A stretch of DNA of 64,000 nt from Octopus sinensis. Its lineage: Eukaryota. This document shows, one piece after another, positions 25,165 through 39,923 of the stretch. The notes beneath the pieces are model-generated. The model worked only from the letters and a program-made list of their open reading frames with translations, was not told the origin of the DNA and did no database searches. A program made the translations under genes and the position numbers. The stretch covers positions 36,208,001 to 36,272,000 of the forward strand of contig NC_043007.1 in NCBI RefSeq assembly GCF_006345805.1, in the 5' to 3' direction. Every line of letters begins with the position of its first letter. Positions within the stretch are counted from its first letter, which is position 1.

Positions 25165-25355
25165 CTTTTACTTCAGTCATTTGACTGCGGCCATGCTGGA
25201 GCACCGTCTTAAAGGGTTTTAGTCGAAGAAAACGATCCCAGGACGTATTTTTTGTAAGTCTAGTACTTATTCTATCAGTCTATTTTGCCGAACCGCTAAG
25301 TTACAGGGACCTAAACACACCAACATCGGTTGTCAAGCGATGGTGGAGGAGACAA
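25165..25355 (-). mobile_element. SINE family A 3' half
   Basis: ttcagtcatttgactgcggccatgctggagcacc tail. Confidence 0.85.
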
Positions 25356-25405
25356 AGAAAGACACAGATATACAAATACATACATACATACATACATACA
25401 TACAT

Positions 25406-25460
<55 letters not shown>

Positions 25461-25552
25461 AATACCTTCCCGACCGTTAAACTAATACACCTGTTTGTTG
25501 TTTACACACCTGTCTTTGTCTTTTGCTTTTTTGTAAATTCCAACTATACTAC

Positions 25553-25629
<77 letters not shown>

Positions 25630-25819
25630 CAACAACTGAGGGTAAAATTAATTAATTATTAATCAATTTCACCAAGTATTCAGTATGTAAAGGGACCATT
25701 ATAGGCGAATTACTAAGCCCTTAATAATAATTATATATATATATATATATACAAAAGTCTTTCAGTTTCCGTTTACTAAATCCACTCACAAAGCTTTGGT
25801 AGGCTCGAATATATATATA

Positions 25820-26272
25820 GGTGGCTGCCCCCTCGTTATCGAGTATGGCCATTGCACGAAGCTTAATCAATGTTGTTATCGTGCAATGCCTGTGCAAAAA
25901 GATTTTTTTTTAAAGTGAGGAAAGGCTGTGCACTGAGTCAATCCCACTCACTAAGCAACAGCAGCCATAATCCAAAAAGAAGAACAAGTCAACATCATCG
26001 GTAACCACTGAGCCGCAGGTTTTATGTCGGAGTTATCCCAGTTACCTGAGTTACCTTCTCCTAGAAGGATGCCCTAACAAAGGCTAGGAGTTCTTCACTC
26101 CCAATCGTTTAACCGCGTGATCGGGTATTCAGTTCCATTATTTCTATGTCCCCGCGCATGATACAGCCTTAAGACATTTATTGGATGGCCGTTCACTCTC
26201 AAGAGTTCCTCCGCCCGTGGAGGGTTTTGTTTTTCATCCCGCAGGGTGTCCAATAAACACCCTCCTCACCAA
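25820..26272 (-). mobile_element. Inverted copy of the RTE-like module of the tandem array
   Basis: Reverse complement of ~20045-20500 with several substitutions. Confidence 0.8.
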
Positions 26273-26689
26273 GCTATATGTGTGTGTGTGTGTGGTGTGT
26301 GTGTGTGTCTGTGTGTGTGTGTGTGTGTGCGTGTACTTATTGTGCGTGTGTGTTCGTAGTTTGTTGCATTCCTTATAGAAATATAACTGGTGAAGCAAAT
26401 TCTCGAATCAAAAGCAGCGGTCTCGTTCTTACTGTTGTGAAATTTTGGCAGGGAAACGAAACACGGAGAAGCTTAGTAAACCAAAGATAATTGAAAATAA
26501 TATTCCTGTTATCTTGTTTTGTATCCTGTTATGTGTCATGACATTTTTCGTGCATATGTTGCGCACAATTTAAGTAATTTGATATATACTCACTATAGTC
26601 TAATCTTTAATTCCCTTAGCTAATAATAAGGATAATTCTTTTCACTATATTTCATCGACTCCGAAACGATGAAAGACAAATTCGACCGC

Positions 26690-27140
26690 TGCAGAATTGA
26701 ACTCGGAACGTAAAGACAGACGAAATACCTATTCCTTTACTACCCACAAGGGGCTAAACACAGAGAGGACAAACAAGGACAGACAAACGGATTAAGTCGA
26801 TTTCATCGACTCCAGTGCGAAACTGGTACTTAATTTATTGACCCTGAAAGGATGAAAGGCAAAGTCGACCTCGGCGGAATTTGAACTCAGAACGTAACGG
26901 CAGACGAAATACCAATTTCTTTACTACCCACAAGGGGCTAAACACAGAGAGGACAAACAAGGATAGACAAACGGATTAAGTCGATTATATCGACCCCAGT
27001 GCGTAACTGGTACTTATTTAATCGACCCTGAAAGGATGAAAGGCAAAGTCGACCTCGGCGGAATTTGAACTCAGAACGTAGCGGCAGACGAAATACTGCT
27101 AAGCTATTCGCCCGGCGTGCTAACGTTTCTGCCAGCTCGC
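26690..27140 (-). mobile_element. SINE family B with tandemly repeated body
   Basis: Two and a half units of aaaggatgaaaggcaaagtcgacctcggcggaatttgaactc. Confidence 0.85.
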
Positions 27141-27329
27141 CGCCTTAATTCTGCCAATAATAACAATCCTTTCTACTATAGGTACAAGGCCTAGATTTTT
27201 TGTGGAAAGGGGGACAATCGATCGCATTGACTCCAGTATCCTGAAGGGAGGAAAAGCAAAGTCGACCTCGGCGGATTTTTAACTCAAAACGTAAAGTCAG
27301 ACGAAATCTCGCCTCTTTTATTTTTCTCT

Positions 27330-27712
27330 TTTACTTGTTTCAGTCATTTGACTGCGGCCATGCTGGAGCATTGCCTTTAGTCGAGCAAATTGACGCCAGG
27401 ACTTATTCTTTGTAAGCCTTGTACTTATTCTGACGGTCTCTTTCGCCTAATCGCTAAGTTACAGGGACGTAAACACACCAGCATCGGTTGTCAAGCGATG
27501 TCGGAGGAACATAGACATACAAACACCACACACACACACACATATATATATATACGACAGGCTTCTTTCAGTTTCCGTCTACCAAATCCACTCACAAGGC
27601 TTTGGTCGGCCCGAGGCTATAGTAGAAGACACTTGCCCAAGATGCCACGCAGTGGGACTGAACCCGAGACCATGTGGCTGGTAAGCAAGCTACTTACCAC
27701 ACAGCCACTCCT
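27330..27712 (-). mobile_element. SINE family A, full length
   Basis: Head-to-tail match to the 12415 and 57860 copies. Confidence 0.9.
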
Positions 27713-27814
27713 TTTTCAGCGGATTCCTATGTTTTCGATGACGGAGACTCCGAATATTCAAGAAACCACGCTTTCAAAATTTTGAATTCAATAAGCATAT
27801 AGATATGGTGATAT

Positions 27815-27888
<74 letters not shown>

Positions 27889-27952
27889 AATATATATATA
27901 TATATATATATATCGTATATATATATGTTATGTATATATATATGTATGTATG

Positions 27953-27984
<32 letters not shown>

Positions 27985-28007
27985 ATATATAAATACCTAT
28001 ATACATA

Positions 28008-28046
<39 letters not shown>

Positions 28047-28204
28047 AAATTCAAAATGGGACAAGAACGCAAAACATCCGGACAAACTAGGTGATATAAA
28101 AGGGACAAAACAAAACATCGAGATAGACGATACAAAGAAAACAACGACGGGTCATTCGAAGTTTTCTATCTTCAGTCAAAAACCAGATTATTCTCGCAAT
28201 TTCG

Positions 28205-28304
28205 NNNNNNNNNNNNNNNNNNNNNNNNNNNNNNNNNNNNNNNNNNNNNNNNNNNNNNNNNNNNNNNNNNNNNNNNNNNNNNNNNNNNNNNNNNNNNNNN
28301 NNNN
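28205..28304. other. Assembly gap (100 N)
   Basis: Run of n. Confidence 1.
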
Positions 28305-28635
28305 CTCCCTCTCTCTTACACACAAAAACTAAGTATTAAATGCATCATTGACACCGAACACTATGCTTGGACGAATAGTAACAATTGCGACCCGACCAAG
28401 ATAATCTTACTTGCCCCAGTCAGAATATTTAAATGTACAAAAATAATAATGTGAAGAGTGACGGAAGTGCATCCCCATACGTAAAACCATTGCATACAGT
28501 GTGTAACTTGCAAACAGTGGATAACTTCGTAGAATGGGTACATATATAAGCGGAGACAAGGTATATCTGGAACCAGAGGTCATCACCTTTTTGTTATGGT
28601 TTACTTTCTTTTTTAATACATTTGTCCATAGCTCT

Positions 28636-28814
28636 GGCGTAGGAGTGGCTGTGTGGTAAGTAGCTTGCTTACCAACCACATGGTTCTGGGTTCAGTCCCA
28701 CTGCGTGGCACCTTGGGCAAGTGTCTTCTACTCTAAACTCGGGCCGACCAAAGCCTTGTGAGTGGATTTGGAAGGCGGAAACTGAAAGAAGCCCGTCATA
28801 TATATGTATATATG

Positions 28815-28883
<69 letters not shown>

Positions 28884-29100
28884 TTGTGTGTCTGTGTTTG
28901 TCCCCCCAACATCGCTTGACAACCGATGCTGGCGTGTTTACGTCTCCGTAACTTAGCGGTTCAGCAAAAGAGACCAATAGAATAAGTACTAGGCTTACAA
29001 AGAATAAGTCCTGGGGTCGATTTGGTCGACTAAAGGCGGTGCTCCAGCATGGCCACAGTCGAATCACTGAAACAAGTAAAAGAGTAAAGAGTAAAGAGAG
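28636..29100 (+). mobile_element. SINE family A, full length
   Basis: Head, internal microsatellite and aaagagt tail. Confidence 0.9.
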
Positions 29101-29125
29101 TAGCTCACACAAACACACACTCACA

Positions 29126-29168
<43 letters not shown>

Positions 29169-29189
29169 CACACATACACACACAGTTGC

Positions 29190-29828
29190 TCTCCAACCTA
29201 CAAGCACGTGCACTCTAACGGTTTTTCTTACAGTAATCCACCTTTTGACGAATTTACTGGGAGAGGAGAGTACTTCACTCTCCATCCTCATTTTCCTTTC
29301 CAAGTGAAACTGGAAATAGTCAATGAGAGCTTGACCGAAGAGGAAAGTCTCTAACTTCGGTCCATTCAACCTCGTCCACGATACAACCTCTTCTGCCATA
29401 ACCACTAGACAGAGGAATAGCGCCTGCCTTGTTTTCTTAAAAGTGGATCGTGGGACAATCCTCACCATGGACCCGGCCGATAGTTCATCCTTTACGCGAC
29501 AACAGGTGTTCAACATAAATATGCAAAGCTAGAAATGCTCGGGCGCTTCACGAATGCGTGCAGAACGGTTTCATCGCTTAGCGCGCACCTCGGGAATTCC
29601 CGCCTTTTATGCTTGTAGACTTTATCTTAAACAGGCAGCACTCCTCGGGGGCATTACCAGACCAAGGATTTCTGGAAATAACCATGGTAATTTCTGGCCC
29701 GAAAGTCTTACGGAACAGACCGACTAGTTCGCCCTCCTCAACGCGTTCAACTTCCCCGAGAATGTAATCGCTCTTACCAACAACTATATCGTAATTTACA
29801 AATCCAAGCATGAAAACGTTACTCAACT
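29190..29828 (-). mobile_element. L1/Tx1-like LINE 3' fragment
   Basis: FPRCALSDETVLHAFV (CCHC-like remnant) and FLCLVVMAEEVVSWTRLNG..FLFGQALIDYFQFHLERK..FVKRW, typical of the L1/Tx1 ORF2 end. Confidence 0.6.
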
Positions 29829-30759
29829 ATGCTCCAGCATGGCCCCAATTAAATGACTGAAACAAGTAAAAGAATAAATTTGTAAATTACGATATATATA
29901 TATATATATATATATATCTATATATGTGGTGTGTGTGTGTGTGTGAAAGAAGACCGTCGTCATAGAACTTCTACTGACCGCATTACCCGACACGTAGAGA
30001 TCGGTGAGGGTTTGACGACATTCTTGGTGCTAAACGCCCAGCCTTGGTCTTTGCTTGACCCAGAACTGCAGCTCTGTCAAAGAGGTGAACGTGTCTTACA
30101 AACGGAGCCTACAGCTGCTCATCGTTCAAGAAAATCGGCAGGTGGTACAGTCTGCCACTAGGTCGACGGACGAGGGGAACGATGCAAAGACAGGCATGAA
30201 GTGTGGTGATTTACGTAGAATAGAATGATTAAGAATAAATAAATAAAATAAAAGCAGCTTCAACAACAGACATCTTTGTCGTCCGAAAACTGTATCTAAA
30301 TTCTCCAAACTTCCATTAAACAGGCTGTCATTTTTTTTTGTTTTGTTCCTTAAAGAAAGTAAACAAGGGAGATAAACTAATCTCTTTTTAAAAGTTATCA
30401 GCGATATCGCTAAAGATTATATGAAAACAGAAGATAACAACACCTATCGTACAAGCAACGTCTGTCAATACACAGCTGTTATCTCTCAAAAAAACATCTA
30501 TGAGATGCCTATAGGGCACGCAGTAGTGTAAATTGCCCAGCACAAGCCACCCAGGTAGGTCAGAAAAAAAAAAGAGGAGAAATATCAACAATCTATTTAG
30601 ACACAATTATAAGGTGTTAGATATTTTGATACTAGTAATACTAATTTAACTGTTGTGTATCTTTTACGTGGATGGCGCCTCTGAGTTATTGATTTTGGTG
30701 ATTCCTTTTCAGCGTATTAGTTTTTTTTACCAGCACCTGTACAACCAGCACAGATTTCA

Positions 30760-31150
30760 AATTTTGGCACAAGGCCAGCAATTTCGGTAAGTCGATTATA
30801 TCGACTCCAGTGTTCGGCTGTTACTTGTTTTATCGACTCTGAAAGGATTAATATCGACCTCGGCGGAATTTGAATTCGGAAGGTGAAGACGGATGAAATG
30901 CTGCGAAAAGCATTTTGTTCGGCATGCTAGATATCCTGTCGACTCGCAGCCTTTAAAATTTGGCACAAGGTCAGCACTTTCTGGGGATGTGGTTAAGTCG
31001 AATACATTAACCCCAGTAATCAACTGGTACTTATTTTTTTTGTCTCCGAAAGGATGAAAAGCAAAATCAACCTCGGCGGAATTTGAACTCAGAACGTAAA
31101 GACGGACAAAATGTTGCTAAGCATTTTGCCCGGCATGTTAACGATTCTGT
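30760..31150 (-). mobile_element. Two SINE family B copies
   Basis: cgacctcggcggaatttgaa at ~30856 and ~31070. Confidence 0.8.
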
Positions 31151-31169
31151 CAGATCGCCACCGTCTGTA

Positions 31170-31522
31170 CAACCAACGCTAACATCTCTGCCATCAAAGT
31201 GATAAGGTGATAGTGTTGTTTGCTCCTTCTCGAGCCATGCCTGGCTCATAAGGGCTGGTTTCCCGGTTTCCTTGACGTATAGGTTCCCCATCTGGACGGG
31301 ACGCCGTCCGTCGCAGGTGAGCTGCAAGATGCAGGAGGAAAGAGTGACAGAAAGTCGTGGCGAAAGAGTCAGCAGAAGTTTGCCATTACCTTCTGCCGGA
31401 GCCGCGTGAAGCTTAGGTGTTTCGCTTATAAACACACAGACACACTGCCCAGTCTGAGATTGGAACCCACGATCCCTCGACCGCGAGTCCGCTGCTCTAA
31501 CTACTAGGCCATGTACCTCCAA
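31170..31522 (-). mobile_element. SINE family C
   Basis: Reverse head ggaggtacatggcctagtagttagagcagcggactcgcgg..gttccaatc. Confidence 0.8.
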
Positions 31523-32867
31523 ATGGTGATTATGAGCATTCTTTTATTTTTTTACTTGTTTCAGTCATTTGACTGGGGCCATGCTGGAGCACCGCCTTTA
31601 GTCGAGCAAATCAACCCCAGGACTTATTCTTTCTAAGGATCTAGTTTTTTTTCATTTGCAAACTACACATTTTTTAAAAGGAAGTAAAAAATCTGAAAAT
31701 CGGCTAAAATAATGTAGCCTTCCAGTCTCATTGCTTTGAACGTATGATGTTATGGAGAAAAATGTTACAGAAGTTTAAAAATCGAAAAAACTGTGTATTT
31801 TTAGCCAATAACGAAACAAATGTTTTCTGCTTTTAGCGGAGCGGTGTCAACTTTAAGGTTGTACCCTGTGAAATTTATAGTTTAATATCACACTTGTTCA
31901 TTGTAGGTTTCTAAATAAACAAAAATACTTAATAAAATCAACATGCATCAGCTTACTGTTTCTTTTGTCTCTTCATTGATTGTATGGTCTTATTATTTTT
32001 TAAAATTTGTGATATTAATATATTTGTTTGCATGTGACTTTAGGCGTATTTCAGTATTATGTACACCTGTCATGTATTTGTGTACAGCATTAATATACGT
32101 GCATGTGGACGTATGTATTCATACATAAGCTTATATGTACATGTATGCATTCATCTGTTGAGTAACGTTTTCATGCTTGGATTTGCAAACTACGATAAGA
32201 ATAACACTGGTCAACAAAGAATTTGTCCCAAGGAAAAGAATACCTGTATCTTATGTGTTTTTGCATGCATATATTTTGCAAAAATAACGTCAAATTAACT
32301 GTATCACCCACAGTTTCTCTGTTCCACGATATCCCTCTCAGTTCCTGTTACGCGGGTTAAATTTCAGTTAGGCTGTTGAAATGTGAAGCTAACGGTTTAA
32401 GAAATACTCCTAGTTAAAATTTTTATAAACAGAATTAACCTAGTGAAATCCCCAGCTATCTGAGTCAATGAGTCCCAAAAATATATGAAATGAAAAATAT
32501 GTAAAAATACTAACACGCAGAAAACAGGACAGGAAAATACTAACACACAGAAGCACAGAAAAATATGTAATATACTAACACACAGAAGAATTAAAAACAA
32601 AACGCGGGTGAAGAATCAAGTGGGAAAAATCAACATAGGCAACAGTGGCACAGACAATAGTGAACCACAACACAGCGTGCGGTTGTCATGGCAACCAGCT
32701 GGTAATGCCACGCTGTCTGTTGATTGGCTAAAATTACCCAAATTTCCCAACTTTAATTTCAAATGACATCAGATTCTTTAACTTACGAGTCAAAGTAATT
32801 GGTAGATCGTAATCAAAATTCAGAGTTGCATCGATACACCAAAATTGAAAGCAATCTGAAAATTTGC

Positions 32868-32964
32868 CTAGTACTTATTCTATCGGTCCCTTTTGTCGAA
32901 CCGCTAGTTTACGGGGACGTAAACGCACTAGCATCGGTTGTCAAGCGATGTTGGGGGGACAAAC

Positions 32965-33052
<88 letters not shown>

Positions 33053-33235
33053 CGACGGGCTTCTTTCAGTTTCCGTCTACCAAATCCACTCACAAGTGGT
33101 CGGCCCGAGGCTATAGCTTTGATCGGCCCGAGGCTATTGTAGAAGACACTTGCCCAAGGTGCCATGCAGTGAGACTGAACCCATAACCATGTGGTTGGTA
33201 AGCAAGCTACTTACCACACAGCCACTCCTACGCCT
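32868..33235 (-). mobile_element. SINE family A
   Basis: Family A body and head, with a short internal duplication (tcggcccgaggctat x2). Confidence 0.85.
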
Positions 33236-33659
33236 ATTAAGTCAATCTTATTTTAATAGACAAAGGTCAATAGTGATCGAGCAAATCTTACGATCAGAGG
33301 CATTCCAGCGATGACCATCTCATTCCATTCTATCCCTTTTCTTTTCAGGAATAATTTAAGAATACATTTTTCCAATGTATCCTTATTGTAATTTTTTTAA
33401 ACACCGCAAGGTGCTATTCGAGGGGAATTCGGTTGCTACTTTTAGCTGGCTGTGCGCCTTCTTAGAAGCTGTTGTTCTCTCGCCTTGTCTGCTGGAGAAG
33501 TTGGTGAATATGGTGATGGTAATAAGGGAAGAATGGTGTGAAGGGTGGGTGCTATGGCACGGAGATGGTTAGCTCTCGGAGTGGATGGTGTGTGTGAAAG
33601 AGGGGTAGATGGAAGAGAGATTGGTAAATAGTTTATAGGGTGTGTCTAAGAGGGGCAAT

Positions 33660-33721
33660 GCTAATGGTAACGGTGGTGGTAGGGGTGAAAGTGGAGAGGG
33701 AGGCGGCAGAGACAGTGGCAG

Positions 33722-33773
<52 letters not shown>

Positions 33774-34055
33774 GGTGGTGGTGATGGCCGTGGTGGCTGT
33801 TGTAGTGGTGGGAGCCGTAGTGGTAGTGGTAGTAGTGCTAGTGTTAGAGGTTTTGGTGGAGGTGGTGATGCTGGACGCGGTGGTGTTGGTGATGCTGGAC
33901 GTTGTGGTGGTGGTGGTGGTGGTGGTGGTTGTGGTGGTAAGTGGCATTGGTCTTTGCGATAAGAGGTGACGAGTGTTTGGTTGGTAAGGCTGTTTTATTA
34001 GCAGAAGTGACGACGGAGTTATTCAGTGATGTCGGAGGTGATGACAATACTGCGT

Positions 34056-34091
<36 letters not shown>

Positions 34092-34140
34092 GTGGTGATG
34101 ATGATGACGATGATGATGGTGATGGTGATGGTGATGGTTG
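33660..34140. repeat. (GAT)n/(GGT)n trinucleotide low-complexity tract
   Basis: Pure triplet runs; ORFs occur in most frames with homopolymeric peptides. Confidence 0.85.
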
Positions 34141-34464
34141 AATGGTAGCATTGGGCGGTGTCAGATATTATTGTTATTTCGTATTTACAAAGCGTTTATT
34201 TTGTTGCTGTTTATTTAATCTATTGATATGTTTGTCTTCTCATCTTTTTTTTATTTTAAAGAAGTCATTGTTGTTTAACCCCGGGTCAACCCTGATCGAG
34301 TAAAAAACATGATCAAAAGCGTTCTTGTTGTGACTCCCCCACTCCCGCCCGCCAAACTTGTTGTGAAACCCTCCCCATGAATACCTTATCCAATGTGTCA
34401 TTGTAAAATGGCAGGATGCGATTTAAGGGGGTTTTATATTTTCATTTTTAAAAAATTATATATT

Positions 34465-34620
34465 TGTTGGCTGTGTGGTAAGTAGCTTGCTTACCAACCA
34501 CATGGTTCCGAGTTCAGTCCCACTGCGTGGCACCTTGGGCAAGTGTCTTGTTACTATAGCCTCGGGCAGACCAAAGCCTTGTGAGTGGATTTGGTAGACG
34601 GAAACTGAAAGAAGCCCGTC

Positions 34621-34680
<60 letters not shown>

Positions 34681-35405
34681 CTCACCAACATCGCTTGACA
34701 ACTGATGCTGGTGTGTTTACGTCCCCGTAACTTAGCGGTTCGGCAAAAGAGACTGATAGACTAAGTACTAGGCTTACAATGAATAAGTCCTGGGGTCGAT
34801 TTGCTCGACTAAAAGCGGTGCTCCAGCATGGCCGCAGTCAAATGACAGAAACAAGTAAAAGAGTAAAAGAGTGATATATTGCTTGCTTCAGTCGTCGGAC
34901 TGTTTCCATGCTGGGGTACAAGCTTCGAAGGGTTTAGTCGAACAAATCGACCGAAGTACTTTTTTCTTTTTAGTCTGGTGCTTATTCCACCAGTCTCTGT
35001 TGCCGAACCGCTAAGTTAATGCGATGTGACTGCACCAAGACCAGTAATCAAGCGATGCTCTCTCTCTCTCTCTCACACACACGCACACACATATGACGGG
35101 TTTCTTTCAGTTTCCGTCTACCAAATCCACCCACAAAGCTTTGATCAGCTCTGGGCTATGGTAGAAGACACTTGCCCAAGGTGCCACGCAGTGGGACTGA
35201 ACCTGAAACCATCCAGACCATTGGGAAGCAAATTTCTTACTACACAGCCATGCCTATGGTATATCTCTTTTACTTGTTTCAGACATTTGACTGTAAGCCT
35301 AGTACTTATTCTATCGTTCTCTTTTAGCCGAACCGCTAAGTTACTGAGGCGTAAACACACCAGCATCGGTTGTCAAGCGATGTTGGGGGTACAAACACAG
35401 ATACA

Positions 35406-35442
<37 letters not shown>

Positions 35443-35632
35443 CATATATATATATATATACATATATACGACGGGCTTCTTTCAGTTTCCATTACCAAAT
35501 CCACTCACAAGGCTTTGGTCTGCCCGAGGCTATAGTAGAAGACACTTGCCCGAGGTGCCACGCAGTGGACTGAACCCGGAACCATGTGGTTGGTAAGCAA
35601 GCTACTTACCACACAGCCACTCCTGCGCCTAT
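34465..35632. mobile_element. Cluster of three SINE family A copies (+ 34465-34872; - ~34880-35250; - ~35270-35632)
   Basis: Repeated family A heads and bodies in opposing orientation. Confidence 0.85.
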
Positions 35633-36326
35633 ATATAAGTATGCGTGTGTGTGTTTCTATGTCTTAATGTATGTATGTACGTATGCTTGTGTGTAGTGAA
35701 AAGGTGTGAAAATGGGAGGGGAAGAAAGAAAGAAGGAAAAACGTAAGAGGCAGTTTGGAAGAATAAAAGAAATAATGATATAAAGATTGAAAGATAAGAA
35801 AAAGCTCACCAGAATGTTGACAAAAATACTTAAAAGCTAAAAACAAACAGAAAAACCTGTTCAAAAGAGGCGAAGGAAAATGGCGTTACCAAAAAAAGAC
35901 AAAAACAACTAAAAAGCAATAACATATAGAAGGATGGAAAAGAACAGAGAGAGGGGAAAGTGAGGGAGAGAGGGAGGAAGGGAGTGAAAGGGCTAAATCA
36001 GTGAAGTTCCACAATCAGAAGAAACCAACAGTCAACGTATTTCCTTGATGAAGAAATGTAACTTCGAAGAGATATATGTTCTGTCAGATCAAAAGCTACC
36101 TTTTAGGAACGAACCGAGTTTAGTTTTACGAGCAAACGAGGGAACCGCTATATGGTAGGTAGCTCGATCTGGTAGAAACGACTGTCAAATCTCCCTCAAA
36201 CTGGACCTCTACTGTTTAAATTTTTTTTTAAGGCGACACTGGATAATGTTGTCTTTGGTTCCTTGCACATAGGACAAATATAGAATGGTTGCTACTGGAA
36301 TGTTCTTGATCAGAAACGGTTACACA

Positions 36327-36912
36327 GGCGGCGAGCTGGCAGAAACGTTAGCACGCCGGGCGAAATGCGTAGTCGTATATCGTCTGCCGCTACGTTCTGA
36401 GTTCAAATTCCACCGAGGTCGACTTTGCCTTTCATCCTTCTGGGGTCGATTAAATAAGTACCAGTTGTGATTTAGGGTCGATATAATCGACTTAATCCGT
36501 TTGTCTGTCCTTGTTTGTTCCCTCTGTGTTTAGCCCCTTGTGGGTAGTAAAAAAATAGGTATTTCGTCTGCCGTTACGTTCTGAATTCAAATTCTGCCGA
36601 GGTTGACTTTGTCTTTTATCCTTTCGGGGTCGATAAATTAAGTACCAGTTACGCACAGGGGTCGATATAATCGACTTTGTCTGTCCTTGTTTGTCCCCTC
36701 TGTGTTTGTGGGTAGTAAAAAAATAGGTATTTCGTCTGGCGTTGCGTTCTGAGTTCAAATTCCGCCGAGGTCGACTTTGCCTTTCATCCTTTCGGGGTCG
36801 ATAAATTAAATACAAGTTTCACACTGGGGTCGATATAATCGCCTTAATCCGTTTGTCTGTCCTTGTTTGTCCCCTCTATGTTTAGCCCCTTGTGGACAAT
36901 AAAGAAATAAGA
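36327..36912 (+). mobile_element. SINE family B with three tandem body units
   Basis: tatttcgtctg..gttcaaattc recurs at ~36375, 36560 and 36730. Confidence 0.85.
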
Positions 36913-37794
36913 AAGGGTTTAACAGCAAAAATTTAAGTTTTTTTTGTTTGTTCGCTTGTTCGTTCGTTCGTTCGTTCGTTTGTTTGTTTGTTTTACGAAC
37001 TCAAGATAAAAACTTCGAAGTAGTCAACCAATTTGTTACAAATTTCAACCAATTCTTGTTCGAAATTTTTAATATATGAAGGATAGATTTATTAATGTAG
37101 TTTGTTTTTTTTTAACGGGGGGTGGGGGGGGGGGGATATAGACTCCGGAAAATTGGGAAATACTTGCAGATATAAAGAAAAAAAAAAAAAAGAACTTACA
37201 GGAAATAAAGTCAGGCGACGAAGGAATCTTTTGTGCGTTACATATAACTAATCGTAATAACAACCAATTCTTCCCCAAATCACACTCCTGAATCTTAAAA
37301 ACCTTATTTAATTAGCGTGTAAATGGCTGAGTAATTACAAACACTTGAGCTCTTAACGCTATCTCCAAGCAGTTTCGGTGTGACACAATATGTAACAAGG
37401 CTGGAGCTTCTGAAATACAGAAACAATCCACCTGGAGGGCTTCGCAACAGTTTCCGTCAATCTAATTTCGCTCAAAATCTTCTTAGGTTCACGCTTACCC
37501 AAGATATCACACAGTAGTATCATCGAACCTGAAACCTCGTGATTGCAGAGCCATGCTGTGTCTTGAAGATCCCCACACTCCAAAGAAGATAAGATGACCA
37601 TAAATGAGGTTCCTTTGATTATATAATAGTTCATCCGCATGATCAGACATGACCGGGGGTTAAAAAACATAGCACACAAAACAGAAATATTCGCTGTTGA
37701 TTTGTTTTCATTGTGACACCTTAGGGACCTAGCCCTTTTATTCTCACCCTTCTGTCTATATTTCATTCTTTATAATATTCTTACACTTCCTTCT

Positions 37795-38885
37795 GCGGCG
37801 AGTTGGCAGAATCGTTAACACGCCGGACGAAATGCTTCGCGGCACTTCGTCCGTCTCTACGTTCTGTATTCAAATTTTGCTGAGGTCGACTTGGCGTTCA
37901 TCATTTCAGGGTCGATAAAATAAGTACCAGTCGAGCACTGGAGTCGATGTAATCGACTTACTTCACCCGTGAAGTTGCTAGCCTTGTGCCAAAATTTAAA
38001 ATCACTGTTACTGCTGTTGTCTTCTTCTTCTTCTTCTTCTTCTTCTTCTTCTTCTTCTTCTTCTTCTTCTTCTTCTTCTTCTTCTTCTTCTAATTGGGAC
38101 TCACACCATTAGTCACAAAGAATAATCTCTAATTCGAGCCTACTCTAAGCTACTAAGAATGCGTGTGGCAACTTGAAGATGCACCCACCACACGCGATAG
38201 ACTGGCGGCTACACGGGCGCGAAAGCTACGTTGTTATCCTCATTCCATAAACGGTGGCTTTCAGCGGTGGAGAGCCGAATAATCCTGGGGTACAGCGGAT
38301 TCGCAATCTAGACTAGGGTCTGAAAGTTTACCACACCATAGTGGGTTACACCATGGTTATTCTGCTTTGTGGCCGAAGTAGGGAAAAAGAGTGAAAGTAG
38401 TGGTGAAAGAGTACAGCGAGGTTCACCCTCCCCCGCCGGAGTCTCGTGGAGCTTAGGTGTTTTTGCTCAATAAACACTCATAATGCCCGGTTTGGGAATC
38501 GAAACCGCGAGTCCGCTGCCCTAACCACTGGGCCATTGCGCCTCCACATTGCTGTTTTTGACGATGTTTTAGTTGCTGTTGCTGCTGCTGTTGTTGTTAC
38601 TGTTAACGCGGGAGGCAACGAACGAGTGGAGCTTCACTTTCTACACGGTTATAAGGCGGCGAGCTGGCAGAAACGTTAGCACGCCGGGCGAAATGCTTAG
38701 CGGTATTTCGTCTGCGTTACGTTGTGAGTTCAAATTCCGCCGAGGTCGACTTTGCCTTTCATCCTTTCGGGGTCGATAAATTAAGTACCAGTTACGCACT
38801 GGGGTCGATGTAATCGACTTAATACCTATGTCTGTCCTTGTTTGTCCCCTCTGTGTTTAGCCCCTTGTGGGTAATAAAGAAATAG
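37795..38885. mobile_element. SINE B (37795-38000 +), (CTT)n, SINE C (~38290-38548 -), SINE B (38654-38885 +)
   Basis: Recognisable heads and bodies of families B and C. Confidence 0.8.
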
Positions 38886-39511
38886 GTTATTCGACTTTAT
38901 AGAAACAACCGCCATATACCTCTCAAATCACATCCTACCGTTTTTAGGAAAAACAAAGCAAAATCAAAACGTAAACAAAACAAAAAAAAAAAGGAAGGAA
39001 GGGCGCGGACAATGAATCTTATATTTCTTTAAAAGTGGGATGGTCATTGCTGGAACGTCTTGGCTCGGTCAGCATTAACAAACGCTTTGTCTTCTCTTCT
39101 CGTTCCTCAATGTATTATTTTCCTCTTTTTTCCTTAACATTTTTATTTTGCTTTGTTGTTTGTTTTATTTTTACTTCTGAAATGTAATTTTGTGTCTTTT
39201 TAATTAATTAATTTATTTATTTATTTATTTATTTATTTATTTGTTTATTTATTTATTTATCTTCTATTTGTTTCAGCCATTGGACTGCCATTGAACTCGA
39301 AGGGTTTGGTCATACAAATCCACCCAACTCCATACTATTTTAAAAAGTCTAAAAGTCTGTCACTGATTCTATCGGTTACTTTTGCCGAACTGCTAAGTTA
39401 AGGAGACGCAAACAAACCAATATAGGTCGTTAAGAAATGATGGGGTAACAAACGCAAACACACACATACATACATATATACATACAAATACATACATACA
39501 TGTAGACAGAC

Positions 39512-39599
<88 letters not shown>

Positions 39600-39846
39600 T
39601 AAATAATATATATATGCATATATACACACATATGTACATACATACATATGCATGTATATAGGTATGTATATATGGGTACAGGACGTCGCAAAACGTAAAC
39701 AACATGAAATACGAAAATAACGTTGGGTACGCAAAGAACAAGAGAAACAAATGGAAAACAAGACAAGCAACATAAAAAACGACCCTACATCAGTCGTCGG
39801 CTGTCCTTCTACTCCTTATTTCGATAGATAGACAGATGGATGGATC

Positions 39847-39923
<77 letters not shown>

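Noticed and set aside
30360-30606. Short ORFs with an apparent donor (ccag|gtaggt)
   Set aside because: No frame connects a plausible acceptor to the donor without a stop.
33633-34141. Gly/Asp/Val/Thr-rich ORFs
   Set aside because: Trinucleotide repeats open in most frames, with no splice or domain support.
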